64,000 nt of DNA, taken from positions 59,148,001-59,212,000 of the forward strand of contig OX597821.1 of NCBI GenBank assembly GCA_951406725.2. The letters are read 5' to 3'. Positions 27,541 through 39,394 of this stretch are shown here, piece by piece. A program made the translations under genes and the position numbers. This DNA comes from Octopus vulgaris (taxonomy: Eukaryota). The notes under the pieces are model-generated. The model saw nothing but the letters and a program-made list of their open reading frames with translations, was not told the DNA's origin and ran no database searches. Position 1 is the first letter of the stretch, and every line of letters starts with the position of its first letter.

Positions 27541-27548
<8 letters not shown>
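27437..27548 (+). repeat. 110-bp GC-richer insert within (TA)n
   Basis: (TA)n on both sides; 3' hairpin gtgacc...gatgt gtaaca acatc...ggtcac. Confidence 0.6.
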
Positions 27549-27630
<82 letters not shown>

Positions 27631-27644
27631 TATAATATACATAT

Positions 27645-28641
27645 ATATTTCGACCAAGGATTGGTTCAGGTCATGGCTAACTTAATAGCACCACCTGATA
27701 GGATTAGCTAAATCCATTTTAAGTCAAGTTTTGTGGTATCATAGTCCATTCGAGTAGGGAGTTCTTGTTGAGTGAGTTGTGTCCAGGTATTAGTGGCTTA
27801 TTCGGTATTCCTTGACGAAATTTGTCCAGATTCCGTTTAAAAGTGATGGGATCCTTTTCCTCTTTGATCTGTTCCAGGACAATGTTAAATAGGGTAGGGT
27901 CTGTTGAGGAAAAGAAATTGTGTTGCAGTGTATTTATGTGTTGTGATCTTGAATTGGGCAGGAGACATATGGCCCGTGGTTCTAGCCTTGGATGAATTTT
28001 GAAGCTAATGTTGAGGTCGTTTGGGCAATGCTGGTGGTATATTCTCCACGTCGTGCAAATGATGTATCGTTCACTGTGGCGCTAGAGAGAATAGTTTTAA
28101 TGCTTTAAGGTGGTCCTAATTATCGAGATCAATCATACCTTTAATTCTTTTAGTGAATGACATCTAAGGTGATTCTCGAAATGTTTTGTTTTGTATGGGG
28201 AGACTACAGGGGGCAGCAGTATTCGAGGTATAGCCTTACAAAGGAGAAGAAAAGAGAAATGATGACTCGTTCTCTGGACTGGAAGGTTCTTAGGATCCAG
28301 GAGTTCATCCTGCGAGCTATATTGACATTGTTGTTGATGTGGACACTCCAGCTGAGATTGTCGTCAGCAATTACTCCTAGGTCTCAGATATTATCAGATG
28401 TTGTGAGTGGTTCCCTTGAAGGAAGGAAGTATGGCTGTTTTAGCATAGACTTTCTTCCAAAATACATCAGCTCAAATTTTCCCTCGTTTACTTCAACATG
28501 TTGTATTCTGTTCTCCAGGAAATACTCAATCCAGTGTAATAGTTTTCTACGGATTCCAACATTTGACAAAACTTTAAGGATATCATTGATGTGGTGTAAG
28601 AGCTGGGTTAGACAGTCCCTGCTGCAACGAATTGGTTTGAA
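27645..28641 (-). pseudogene. CR1/L2-type LINE 3' portion, related to the 33-35.7 kb element, with internal deletions
   Basis: SNVGIRRKLLHWIEYFLENRIQHVEV|NEGKFELMYFG aligns to the 733-aa ORF with the QG...FADD core missing. The 3' UTR caggtggtgctattaagttag is shared. Confidence 0.9.
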
Positions 28642-28644
28642 TTT

Positions 28645-28717
28645 ATGTATGTATGTATGTATGTATGTATGTATGTATGTATGTATGTATGTATGTATGT
28701 ATCTATCTATCTATCTA

Positions 28718-28806
<89 letters not shown>

Positions 28807-28830
28807 GTATATATATATATATATATATAC
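28645..28830. repeat. Compound microsatellite (TATG)n(TCTA)n(TA)n, representative of dozens in the window
   Basis: Seen directly. Similar tracts at 1660, 6210, 7690, 13650, 18860, 24000, 36080, 45530, 48715 and 56680. Confidence 0.95.
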
Positions 28831-28932
28831 ATACATATGTATATACATATATATATTATATTATATATATATCAAATACACGCACATACATTACAAACAC
28901 GATCTGTAAGTGGAACAGCAAAAATATGCATG

Positions 28933-29500
28933 ACGATCGTAGACAACGATCTGCGTTGGACAAACCACATCTCTAAGATTGTCAAGAAGGCTGAGGGGGT
29001 GCTAGCATCACTCAGTAAGACCTTTGTCAGTCGCTCTCCAGCTATCTATTTAAAATTGTATACGACAATGGTACGGCCACACTTGGAATTTGCATCACCA
29101 GTCTGGAACCCCTATCTTGCTAAATCTGTTCAAGAACGTACAGCAAAACGAATACCTGCCGCCAGACATCTACCATACCCTGAACGTCTTATTTCCTTGG
29201 GTATGGATACATTGAAGCTTAAACGTCTGGCAACTGATTTGGTAGACACCCACAACATTATCCACCATCTTTTCAACAACAACTATAGGTACCTTTTTAA
29301 ATCCCATATGACAAACACTCGCGGACATGCTTATAAAATCAAAAAAACAACACAGCACCCATGACTTTCGGAAACATTTTATTACGCTCAGAATTGCTCA
29401 AACGTGGAATATACTACCCGCATCAGTTGTTAGCTGTCGAGACACTACATCCTTCAAAACTTCAATGCTTCCTGAAATCCGCCAACAGTACACCTGATGG
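28933..29500 (+). pseudogene. CR1-like LINE ORF2 3' fragment (different family)
   Basis: IVDNDLRWTNHISKIVKKA...LYTTMVRPHLEFASPVWNPYL...NTRGHAYKI, the typical post-RT region of CR1/L2 elements. Confidence 0.9.
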
Positions 29501-29799
29501 CTTTTTTTTTAGTTGTAGTGCACCTGAGCACTGTATACAACAATTTCCTTTCCTTTCCTCCTGTGTATTCGAAAATGTAAACATCCTTTTTATTGCAAAA
29601 ACACTACAATTTTCTCTGGTCGGACATACAAATGATCATCTTTAGAAAATTTAACTTTAATATCTACAATTTTTTGTGAAAATTTTACCCGTCTTTTCTC
29701 CCTGATTACTTGAATATGTAAGCACATCTTTTATTGCAAAAACACAATTAAATGCACGAAATAACCAAAAACTCACGATAACTACACAGCACGTCTACA

Positions 29800-32447
29800 A
29801 TAAACAAAAGTGGTCAGAGAATTAAATCAGCACTCTCATAAACGCATGGTACTTTCTTTCCCAAATTGAAAAGGCAGGTGCTTTACGTCTGAAATATACT
29901 GCAAAAAGAACAGTTCAACTGTTCAATCACCGATCGAAGCAGATATAGAATAATCTGAAACATACTGAAATTTCTTTTGAATTAATTCACAGACATTTTG
30001 GTAATCTTCATCATGTGTTTGCTCCAACTACAGCTGAACAACAACAACAACACGACCAACAGCCACAGCCACTTCTCAATAGTAGCACAATTGGTGATCT
30101 ACTAAACTATACAATAAGCCGTCCTTCACAGTCCAACTATTCATATTCTTCATTTACCCACAATACCAAAACTGACCCGTCATCATCATTGTTATCATGT
30201 TCTGCTACAACTACCACTACCAAAACTAAACAACAACAAGATCAGCAACCATAGACATCCCTCAACACTAGTACAGTTAATGACTCATTAAACTCCATAG
30301 TCTCTAGCCCTTCTCCACAGGAGTGCTCTTCAAATTCCTTACTTTCTCAGAACAACACAAGAGATCCATCATGATCATTGTCATCTTATTCTACTACTAC
30401 AACCATTGCCATTACTACTACTACTCCAAGTAGTGAAGAATCACACCTTCTTCGTCTCCACTGTCCACCTCAGTCTGACAATATAACTCACAGCTCCACT
30501 ACAAATCTGCCAACTATAAATAAAGTAAAATCTATGAACTGTCAACAGCCCCCTCCAACACATACACGACAATTTGCCGTTATTCTCTACGCGAGAGTCT
30601 ATGAATATACAGTGACTGCAATTTCACTCATTTACCAAGCAACACCAGCCAATGCCAAAACACACTTCTTAAAGCACCACCACTACCAAATAATAAATCA
30701 AATTTAAAAGCTTCCCCACATGTAACACGGAACCCTAAAATCTGCCACTATTCCCAACGTGAGAGATTATGTCTGAAGCGTGATTGCTCCTTTATTCTTC
30801 TTCTGGAGACCCGACGTGCTATTAAAACCTGTCTCCTAACCACCACCGAATCCACAATAAAAAAAAACATCCCTTACAGTTGTAGTGCCGAGCCAGACTT
30901 TTCCCAACACTCAGAAGTCACCCAGTTATGCACTGACTACAAAAATGAAAATAGCAAACCATATAACGGTAACTATATTCAATAGTGTAGCCATAATAAC
31001 TCCAGACACCAAGCTCTCCCAAATCAAGAAAATCCATTTCTAGCCATGACGGATCTGGCAAAAGAAATCTCCAAAGTTTTTTTTGCTCTCACACAACACC
31101 AACCACTGCTATTTCCTCAATGCAAAAATTATTCCCATTGCTATCACATACCCAACTCAATCATAACGTTGAATATACAAGGTTTCTCACATTTCACACA
31201 TTGAACAAAAAGTATCATATCTCAGAGACGTTGCAGACAGAGAAAAAACAATATGTATAGCACTAAGTGAAATACACCTGATCCCAAACATACTAGATGC
31301 AGAAGTGTATATGACAGGCTATGTGCTACACAGAACTGATCGCAGAATACGCAAACAAGGATAAACATTCTACATCCAGGATAACCTAGCAACAAATATC
31401 CTCCTTTCCCACTCCAACACAGTGTGCAATACATTAATAGTGCATGTGACCGACCTCAATGTAATCATAGGCATTACTTAGCATCCTCCTGATGCAGTTA
31501 ATCACGGAGATCACTTCAGGGGCGCTTTACCATTCATAAGTAAAATCCTAAGTGCTAGTAGTCCACAGGCCAATGTACTTTTAACAAATGACTTCAAATT
31601 TCCTAATTTCAACTGGCCTAGGGCTACATCCAATCTGGAACTACAAAAACAAACAGGAAAGATATGAATGCTCTTCTCGAAAGCCTTTCTCGTGCAACAA
31701 ATCATCACCTATCCAACTAGGGGAAATAACATGGATCTGTTCAATCTGGCTCACATATTTTTTTATATTAATTTTTTAAAACTAAACACTTTGAAACTTC
31801 GTATACTAGTGGAATGTTTCACGCAGAACACGGTTTACTTTGAGCATTTTTGACAAAATTTGGTATTTTAGAAGTTATTTCGTGTTAAAGTTGTCGTACT
31901 TAGGTAATTTTAACCAATCAAGGACTTGTATTCAGTTGACGAAATCTACAAATTTTGTCAAAAATGTTCAAAGTAAACTGTGTTCTGTGTGAGATATTCC
32001 ACCAGTATACGAAGTTTCAAACTGTTTAGTTAAAAAAAAAATTAGAAAAAAAAATTGTGCGCCAAACTGAACAGATCTAATAACATACTCGACCTAGTCT
32101 TTATTACTAATACAGACTTTATTCGCAACGTTCAGGTCATTCTAATAGTTACTTCTGACCACAACATAATACAGAGATCCTCAAGTATTCAACTGCTTAC
32201 CCAAAGAGATTCGAAATATAAAAGGGACCTCTACTGAAACTTTCAAAAAAGCATTGGATGAACTCCTAACGACGATACCGGACAAACCAAACCATGCAAG
32301 GATACACTCAGGGAAGATCAGCAACTACAAACTCGATCATCGACCAACTTTCAATCAAAAAGCGACAGCAAAAATGAAAAAAAAAATTAAGGCGTTGCTC
32401 CAGCATGGCCGCAGTCCGACGGTTGGAGCCATTAAATGAATAAAAGT
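29800..32447 (+). mobile_element. LINE with decayed ORF1, APE endonuclease and 3' end, RT deleted
   Basis: Cys/His motifs ICRYS..DCNFTH and PKICHYS...C..RDCSF at 30570-30800. APE: TLNIQG, IALSEIHL, GYVLHRTDR, DFKFP, PTRGNNILDLVF, SDHNII. These join directly to FNCLPKEIRNIKGTSTETFKKALDELLTTIPDKP. The 5' boundary is uncertain. Confidence 0.85.
31733..32078. mobile_element. Palindromic MITE, 8-bp TSD (hAT-like)
   Basis: TIRs ggatctgttcaatctggc / gccaaactgaacagatct extend into arms of about 125 bp. TSD aataacat at 31725-31732 and 32079-32086. A related end is at about 57163. Confidence 0.9.
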
Positions 32448-32659
32448 CACCCGTCAGTAAATCAAAATTCCATAAATACTTAATATTCAATTTTATTTAT
32501 TCATTCCAAATGTTTACAAGAAGGACTCCAGTTTGAACAATTGTCACGATGTTTCATATGTAGATGCTTTTATTAAATTCATTCAGTTGTTGAGCATAGA
32601 TATATCTTGGAATTAAATGGTTTTGATTTACAGTCAGGTGACTCTTGGCCAACCCTGTA
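32445..32659. mobile_element. Tc1/mariner-type MITE, left tip missing
   Basis: aaagtcacccgtcagtaaatcaaaa mirrors ttttgatttacagtcaggtgactctt; the right end is ggccaaccctgta. Confidence 0.6.
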
Positions 32660-32676
32660 TATATATGCGCGTGTAT

Positions 32677-32772
<96 letters not shown>

Positions 32773-33166
32773 CTTACAATAATTTCTTTGACTTAAAACG
32801 AGATAACCTTCAGATTATAGTACAGATGCTTATATGACGAACTTTTGTAACCTATGCGCAAACAGAATTAGAGTATGCATCGTGGCCTATCAGAAGTAAA
32901 GTATGAAAACAATAAGACATTTTAAACCCTGGAAGCCCGGGATAAGCAAAATGATATTTAAACTACAATTTTGCCCCTCGTGGGTAATAAAAAATCAGAT
33001 ATTTAAACTACAAAGCTATGTGTGACTTGAGCTCAGAACGTAAAAAGCCGGAAGAAAACCCAGTAAGTATGTTTGTCTGATACCTAACGATTCTGTCAGC
33101 TTGCCGCCTTGCAGCCTTACACCTTATTATTAAAGTTCCTCATTTAAAAGTAGAATCTTTAAAAAC

Positions 33167-35713
33167 TTTAACCTCCCTCATGTGAACTGGCCCACAAATA
33201 CTCCGAAGTTAGGCAAGTGCTCTACATCAGATAGGGCAGCAGCAGAACTGCTCTTTAATCTGATGGATGAGTATTTCCTGACTCAGCTAGTGCTTGAACC
33301 AACGAGACAGAATAAAACGATCTTGGATCTGGTACTGACCAATCACTCTAGCTACGTTCACAGCATTTCAGTCGAAAAACTCTCCTCTCAGACCACGACA
33401 TGGTACTCTGCAATCTTAATTCCCGACGTATAAAAACCAAACCAGCCAATCCCACTCCATGGCACCCATTTGACAACATAAATTTCCACAAAGCGGACTG
33501 GGGAACAATCAGAAAGGATCTGTCTTCCATCGACTGGTCTTTTACTCTCAATTCCCCTCATATTGAAACCGCGTGGCAGCACTTTGAAACCATTGTCACC
33601 GACACATGCTCTAAACACGCTCCCAAGAAATCTACTAACACAAACAGAAACCGGCTCCCTAAAAAGAAAAAAACACTCATCAGGCGCATCAAAAGACTCA
33701 ACAAAAAAATCAACCAATTAAAATATTCCCACACGCAACATCCACATTCAACAACAATGAAAAGACTAGAGCTGGAAAAACTTCATCTGCAGACTAACAT
33801 GAAAACCTCCATTGAAAATCAAAGAGCTGTGGAGGAACAATGGGTAATCAAAAACATCAAACAGAACCCAAAAGTGTTCTATTCTTATGCAAATAAGCAT
33901 AGAACCACTGTCTCACCTATTGGGCCATTGATTGATGAAAACGGCATTCCCCAACACGATGCTAAAGAAATGGCAGAAATACTGCAGAAACAATATTGCT
34001 CTGTCTTCAGTGTTCCCACTGATATTGATGTGAGGGAAACGAACGAAGCTGACTCCCAACACAAAATCGCCAGTCTCCTAAAGGAATGTAGATATCAACT
34101 TGCAGTCCATCTGACCAACCTCTGGAGAAACTCGTTAGACGCAGGTTATATACCGAAAAAGTTTCTATCCCAGTCGGTCATCCCGGTTTTCAAACAGGGA
34201 AACAGATCCCTCGCAGTCAACTATCGCCCAATCTCACTCACCTCCCACATCATTAAAGTGTTTGAAAGAGTGTTAAGATCAAGGATAGCTGACTTCCTGG
34301 AGACCCACAAACTCCTAAATTCAAATCAACATGGCTTTCGCTGTGGCAGGGACTGTCTAACACAGCTCTTACACCACATTGAAGATGTACTCAAAGCCTT
34401 GGGAACAGGTTCGAACTCTGACGTCATATACCTTGACTTCAGTAAAGCGTTCGACAGGGTAGACCATAACATCCTACTCTCAAAATTGGCAAATGTTGGA
34501 ATCCGTGGAAAAGTTCTACACTGGATTCAGCATTTCCTAGCGAATAGAACACAACATGTTGTAGTTGATGGAGTCCACTCAAACCCAGCAAAAGTCACCA
34601 GCGGTGTTCCCCAGGGAACTGTTTTGGGTCCGCTACTCTTCATAATTTATGTAAACGACCTTTCCAGTGTCGTACATCACTGCAAAGTGAAAATATTCGC
34701 TGATGACACTAAGCTCCAGCAAATCGTCAATGAAGAAGCAGACCGAACTCAACTCCAGTCTGACCTATATGCTGTGAGTCAATGGGCAGACAGAAACAAA
34801 ATGCAACTGAATGAGGGAAAATTTGAGCTGATGCATTTTGGAAGAAATTCCTCACTAAAACAACCATACTCTCTTCCTTCAGGGGAACCGCTCACAGCCT
34901 CTAACAATATCAGAGACCTGGGTGTAATTGTTGATGACGATCTCAGTTGGAGTGCACACATCAACAAGAAGGTCGATACAGCTCGTAGGATGAGTTCCTG
35001 GATCTTAAGAACTTTCCGGTCCAGAGAACAAGGTGTCATCATACCACTTTTTTCATCCTTTGTACGGCCACACCTTGAATACTGCTGCCCACTGTGGTCT
35101 CCTCACACAAGACAAAACATCTCCAGAATTGAGTCACCCCAGAGGGCTCTTACTAAACAAATTGAAGGCATGGCTGCTCTCGACTATTGGGATCGCCTTA
35201 AAGCCTTGAAACTTTACTCCCTCCAGCGTCGCCGTGAGCGGTACATCATTTGTACGATGTGGAAAATATACCGCCAACTTTGCCCAAACGACCTAAACAT
35301 TAGCTTCAAGGTTCATCCGAGACTTGGACCACGGGCTATACGTCCCCTGCCAAATTCAAGATCACAACATACATGTACACTGCAACATAATTTCTTTTCC
35401 TCAACAGGCCCTGCCCTATTTAACATTGTCCCGAGGGAGATCAAAGAGGAAAAGGATCCCATCAACTTCAAACATAGTCTGGATAGATTCCTTCAAAGAA
35501 TACCAGACAAGCCACCCATAATTGGATACAACTCACCCAACAAGAACTCACTACTTGAACAAAACTGGATACAACTCACCCAACAAGAACTCACTACTTG
35601 AACAAAACTTGACTTAAACAGGATTCGAATAATCCTATCAGGTGGTGCTATTAAGTTAGACATGGCCTGGACCAATCTCTGGTCGAAACATATCTAAGTT
35701 TTATCTAAGTTTT
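33167..35713 (+). mobile_element. 5'-truncated CR1/L2-type LINE
   Basis: C-terminal part of an APE endonuclease (FNLPHVNW, EPTRQNKTILDLVLTN), the RT ORF, a 3' UTR and the tail (tatctaagttt)2. Confidence 0.92.
33400..35601 (+). CDS. LINE ORF2 reverse transcriptase, 733-aa open stretch; probably non-functional
   Basis: NYRPISLTS, QHGFR, YLDFSKAFDRV, GVPQGTVLGP, FADD, DLG and VRPHLEYC. Frameshifted from the endonuclease near 33385, and the usual PGPDG block appears to be missing near 34065. Confidence 0.9.
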   Translation: MVLCNLNSRRIKTKPANPTPWHPFDNINFHKADWGTIRKDLSSIDWSFTLNSPHIETAWQHFETIVTDTCSKHAPKKSTNTNRNRLPKKKKTLIRRIKRLNKKINQLKYSHTQHPHSTTMKRLELEKLHLQTNMKTSIENQRAVEEQWVIKNIKQNPKVFYSYANKHRTTVSPIGPLIDENGIPQHDAKEMAEILQKQYCSVFSVPTDIDVRETNEADSQHKIASLLKECRYQLAVHLTNLWRNSLDAGYIPKKFLSQSVIPVFKQGNRSLAVNYRPISLTSHIIKVFERVLRSRIADFLETHKLLNSNQHGFRCGRDCLTQLLHHIEDVLKALGTGSNSDVIYLDFSKAFDRVDHNILLSKLANVGIRGKVLHWIQHFLANRTQHVVVDGVHSNPAKVTSGVPQGTVLGPLLFIIYVNDLSSVVHHCKVKIFADDTKLQQIVNEEADRTQLQSDLYAVSQWADRNKMQLNEGKFELMHFGRNSSLKQPYSLPSGEPLTASNNIRDLGVIVDDDLSWSAHINKKVDTARRMSSWILRTFRSREQGVIIPLFSSFVRPHLEYCCPLWSPHTRQNISRIESPQRALTKQIEGMAALDYWDRLKALKLYSLQRRRERYIICTMWKIYRQLCPNDLNISFKVHPRLGPRAIRPLPNSRSQHTCTLQHNFFSSTGPALFNIVPREIKEEKDPINFKHSLDRFLQRIPDKPPIIGYNSPNKNSLLEQNWIQLTQQELTT

Positions 35714-35884
35714 AGTACACGGTTTCAAATAACATGGAAGGTAGAAATATTTTTCTTCGATTGTTTCACATTCAATTTTTCTTTCAATTTTTCCAAGTGT
35801 ATGCAGTATAAGCCAGACTTCGTTATTGTAATATTTGAAAAAATTTCAAATTTTATGAAAATTGACAGCCCTATTCATAGATCA

Positions 35885-36050
35885 TAGAGGTTAGTCCACA
35901 TTACTCTGTAAGGAGTATGGGACCGCGACCATTTCATGCCAGTGGACACGATATTGGGCTCCCTCCTTGATTTCAGACCAAGTGAGACAGATTACTTTTG
36001 CTTTATTTTCCACGTATCTAGGTCTTCTTAGGTCGTCCAACTTACTGTTT
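35885..36050 (-). pseudogene. Decayed RTE-type LINE 3' end
   Basis: Minus strand gives GRPKKT-like and [20 protein letters not shown], resembling RTE C-termini. Confidence 0.45.
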
Positions 36051-36204
36051 TCCTTCAGAGGAAATTATACACACACACATATATATATAGATATACGTAC
36101 ATATATATATATACATATATATATATACATACATATATATATATACATGCATACATATATACATACATACATATATACATACATATATACATACATATAT
36201 ACAT

Positions 36205-36290
<86 letters not shown>

Positions 36291-36424
36291 TGTATGTATG
36301 CATAAAATACAAAATGGGACAAGAACGCAAAACATCCGGACAGCTAGGTGATACAAAAAGGGACAACAAAACATCCAGATAGACGATACAAAAAATATAT
36401 AAACAAATTTAAAAAGAAAACACG

Positions 36425-37043
36425 AAGACGAAGTCTGTCCTTGCCTGGGTGAATTGGCGTTTCAACTGACCTTTGAATTTACTTCAGTTTCCGGAAGCTC
36501 CTATGTTTCGTATGATCTGGTTGAGTCCGCTGTAGAATACGGCTTTCGATATTCTTGATTTGTCTAGCCGTGAAACATGGCATGCCCATCTAAGCTTTTT
36601 TAACAGCAGCATGGTTTCAATGCTCGGGGCATTGACCTGTCGGAGGATCTCGTTGTTGGTGATGTGTTCCTTCCATGAGATATCCATGATGGAGCGAAGG
36701 CATCTCTGGTGGAAGCGTTCTAGCAGCTTGTCCTACTTCCTGTACTGCATCTAAGTTTCTGACCTTTAGAGGAGAAAGGTAATGACAACTAGCTTGTTGA
36801 TTGATTCTGGTGGACAAATGCAGTACCTGTTTCTGCCATACACGTTTCTGCAGATGTCCAAAGGAAGTGTTGGCTTTCGCTGTGCGGTTGTCAACGTCCT
36901 TTTCACAAGTTGCATCACTAGAGATGACTCTTCCCTGGTAGATGAATTGTCCGACTGCGTTAACGGGGGTGTCCTTTCATGCTGATTTGCGGTGGTCGAT
37001 ATGTGGCAGATAGTGGTTTCTGGAACAGCACTTCAGTTTTCCT
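36425..37043 (-). pseudogene. RTE-clade LINE ORF2 fragment
   Basis: KTEVLFQK, LERFHQRCLRSIMDISWKEHITNNEIL and LRWACHVSRL (cf. LRWAGHVxRM). Confidence 0.88.
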
Positions 37044-37159
37044 CATACATACATACATACATACATACATACATTCATACATACATACATACATACATAC
37101 ATACATACATACATACATACATACATACATACATACATACATACATTTAGAACTTTTTT

Positions 37160-37650
37160 TGTTTGTTTATTGTGGGAAATCGGCAAAAGTACATCCTTAA
37201 CTTAGAATCACGTCCCAAAGACCGGCTCTTATCTTCAGAACGTAAAAGACAGACGAAACGTTGCTCAGTATTTTGACCGGCGTACAAGTGATTCTGCCCG
37301 CTCGCCATTTTGTTTGTTTTAAATATTAGTTTCAAATTTTGGCACAAGGCCAACAATTTCGGGAACAGGGGCGGCTTGGTAAGTTGATTACATCGATCCC
37401 GGTATCCAACTGGTACTTATTTTATGGACCCTGAAAGGATGAAAAGCAGTGTCAACCTTAGTGGCATTTGAACTCAGAACGTAAAGACGGACAAAATGCT
37501 AAACTTGCTTAAAATATTCTTTTCTAGGCCCGAAATGTTGGGGGAGGGAGCCAGTCGATTAGATCGACCCAAGTACGTAACTGGTACTTAATTTATCGAC
37601 CCCGAAAGGATGAAAAGCAAAGTCGACCTCGGCAGAATTTGAACTCAGAC
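37160..37650 (-). mobile_element. Three tandem SINE B copies
   Basis: Repeated aaaggatgaaaagc..gtc.acct..g.ggca.tttgaactcag units. Confidence 0.8.
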
Positions 37651-38886
37651 TGTAAAAAACTTGCTTCAAATATTACATGCAAAATCATTTTTTCCTGCAT
37701 ATGGTGGCTAAAATCGGGTTGCATCTATATGCCCGCGCGCCTTTTTTGTCATCAAATACAGTGAATTTGATCACAAATGATGTCGACACAAACTATTCGG
37801 CAAATCTTAAAAAGAAGAAATAATCTTTACTGGAGTTAGGGAAGGTAATATGTAACGTGAAAGGCTCTATCACCGAGCCACATTGCCTGCAGTGTAGGCC
37901 CCACACAATTGTATTAGAACTGCTAGACAATGAATCATAGTTTTATTTATGTGTTCCACGTGAATTCACACACGCGCTAAATTGACAGCTTTGTAACAAA
38001 AGAGGAAACGAATGAAAATGATTATAATAAACGAAGGTCAATGCAATAGTGAACTGGTAAAGACGCTCGTATGAAATCAAGCAGATATTTTCAAGTGATT
38101 CCCTTCTAGGGTTGAGACGAGAAAACAAATGCAATATTTTAATGTTGACAAGCGCGCATTGAATAATAAGAAGTACATTTTTGGCGAGTCAAGTCCGCGA
38201 CACAGATTCGATTTGTGGTTGAAAGTCCTTTCAATTGTCTTTTTCTTTCCCTTGACAATACTATTGCGAAAAGAAGGTAGGCTTATGTCCAGTGAGATAC
38301 TAGATTTAACTGGAAGTGTAACATCTCTCATTTGTTCCAAACTATTCAATTGGTTTATTCGGTGCCATGAGACAGTCGCAGCTGAAAGGAACTACTAAGA
38401 AAATAGATAAATAAATAAAAGAACCATTCCTAATGTTCTCTCCCTTTCTGTTGTTTCAAGTAAAAATATTCTATATCGATATTTGAGCATGTATTCAGCT
38501 GTGTACAAACATACATGCTTGCGTGTATATGCCCCTATGTACCTGCATTTGTGTATATATCAATATATGTAATATACTGATATAAATACCTGTGTGTATG
38601 CATGTGTATATATATGTAAACGTCTGTACATGAGTCTGCATGTATATAAGCATGCATCTATGCCATATGTGGATACGTTCTTTTCAGTTAGGATGGTGTA
38701 GGTATACGTACATGGCACATACTCATGATTGTACTACTAGTTCAATAATTCGGTCATACTAAATTGAGATTATCCTATAGGCGCCTTTTCTAAGTGCAGT
38801 CATTCTTTGTCTCTTGCTCCCTCTCCTCACCTTTCGTCATCCCTCCTTACTTAAGCTCCATCTTATCTTTTGGTTTTTGTTTAAAG

Positions 38887-39394
38887 CAGTGATTCTAAAC
38901 CCCTTTTTGCCTATGGACACTTTTGATTATTCTTCTATTCTGGTGGACCCCTAGAACCATTCAATATTTAAAATATCTAATTCTATTTTTATAATTGAAT
39001 ATTGTTAGGAATTGTATAAAAGCCGTTAAAATATTTTGTGCGTTGCCCATAACTTTTAACAACAAACTAAATTCTATGCAAAATGAATGTCTACAAGTAA
39101 AATAAATCATAAATATGCAAGGATATTTTTATAAAAAAAAAAAAAGAAGATACTACTTTAATGCAACTCTAATGTTAGCCTCATAGCAGCATCTGCTACG
39201 AGGCTAGTCTTAAACATTATTATGTGGAACAATGTTAAGTATTAGAGAAAGAAATTTAGCTGTTCCTTGCAATAAGTACGTCTAAAGCAAAAGTTTGTCG
39301 CGTACATCTAAAACATTACTGTGGACACCCAGTTTTCTGTTTCGCTTGCGTGGATGCCACAAAATATAATAAGGACTCTGGTTGAGAACTTCTG
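38887..39394. mobile_element. hAT/Charlie-like non-autonomous element
   Basis: TIRs cagtgattctaaacc / ggttgagaacttctg; degenerate TSD gtttaaag / ttccaaag. A related fragment is at about 14878-15075. Confidence 0.7.

Noticed and set aside
28157-28909. 250-aa plus-strand ORF
   Set aside because: It is the antisense frame of a LINE fused to microsatellite.
30015-30707. Gln/Thr/Ser-rich ORFs as a host gene
   Set aside because: They are interrupted by stops and lie upstream of a LINE endonuclease, so a decayed ORF1 explains them better.
33400-35601. RT as a retron, group II intron or defence RT
   Set aside because: The motifs, upstream APE endonuclease and tandem tail identify a eukaryotic non-LTR retrotransposon.
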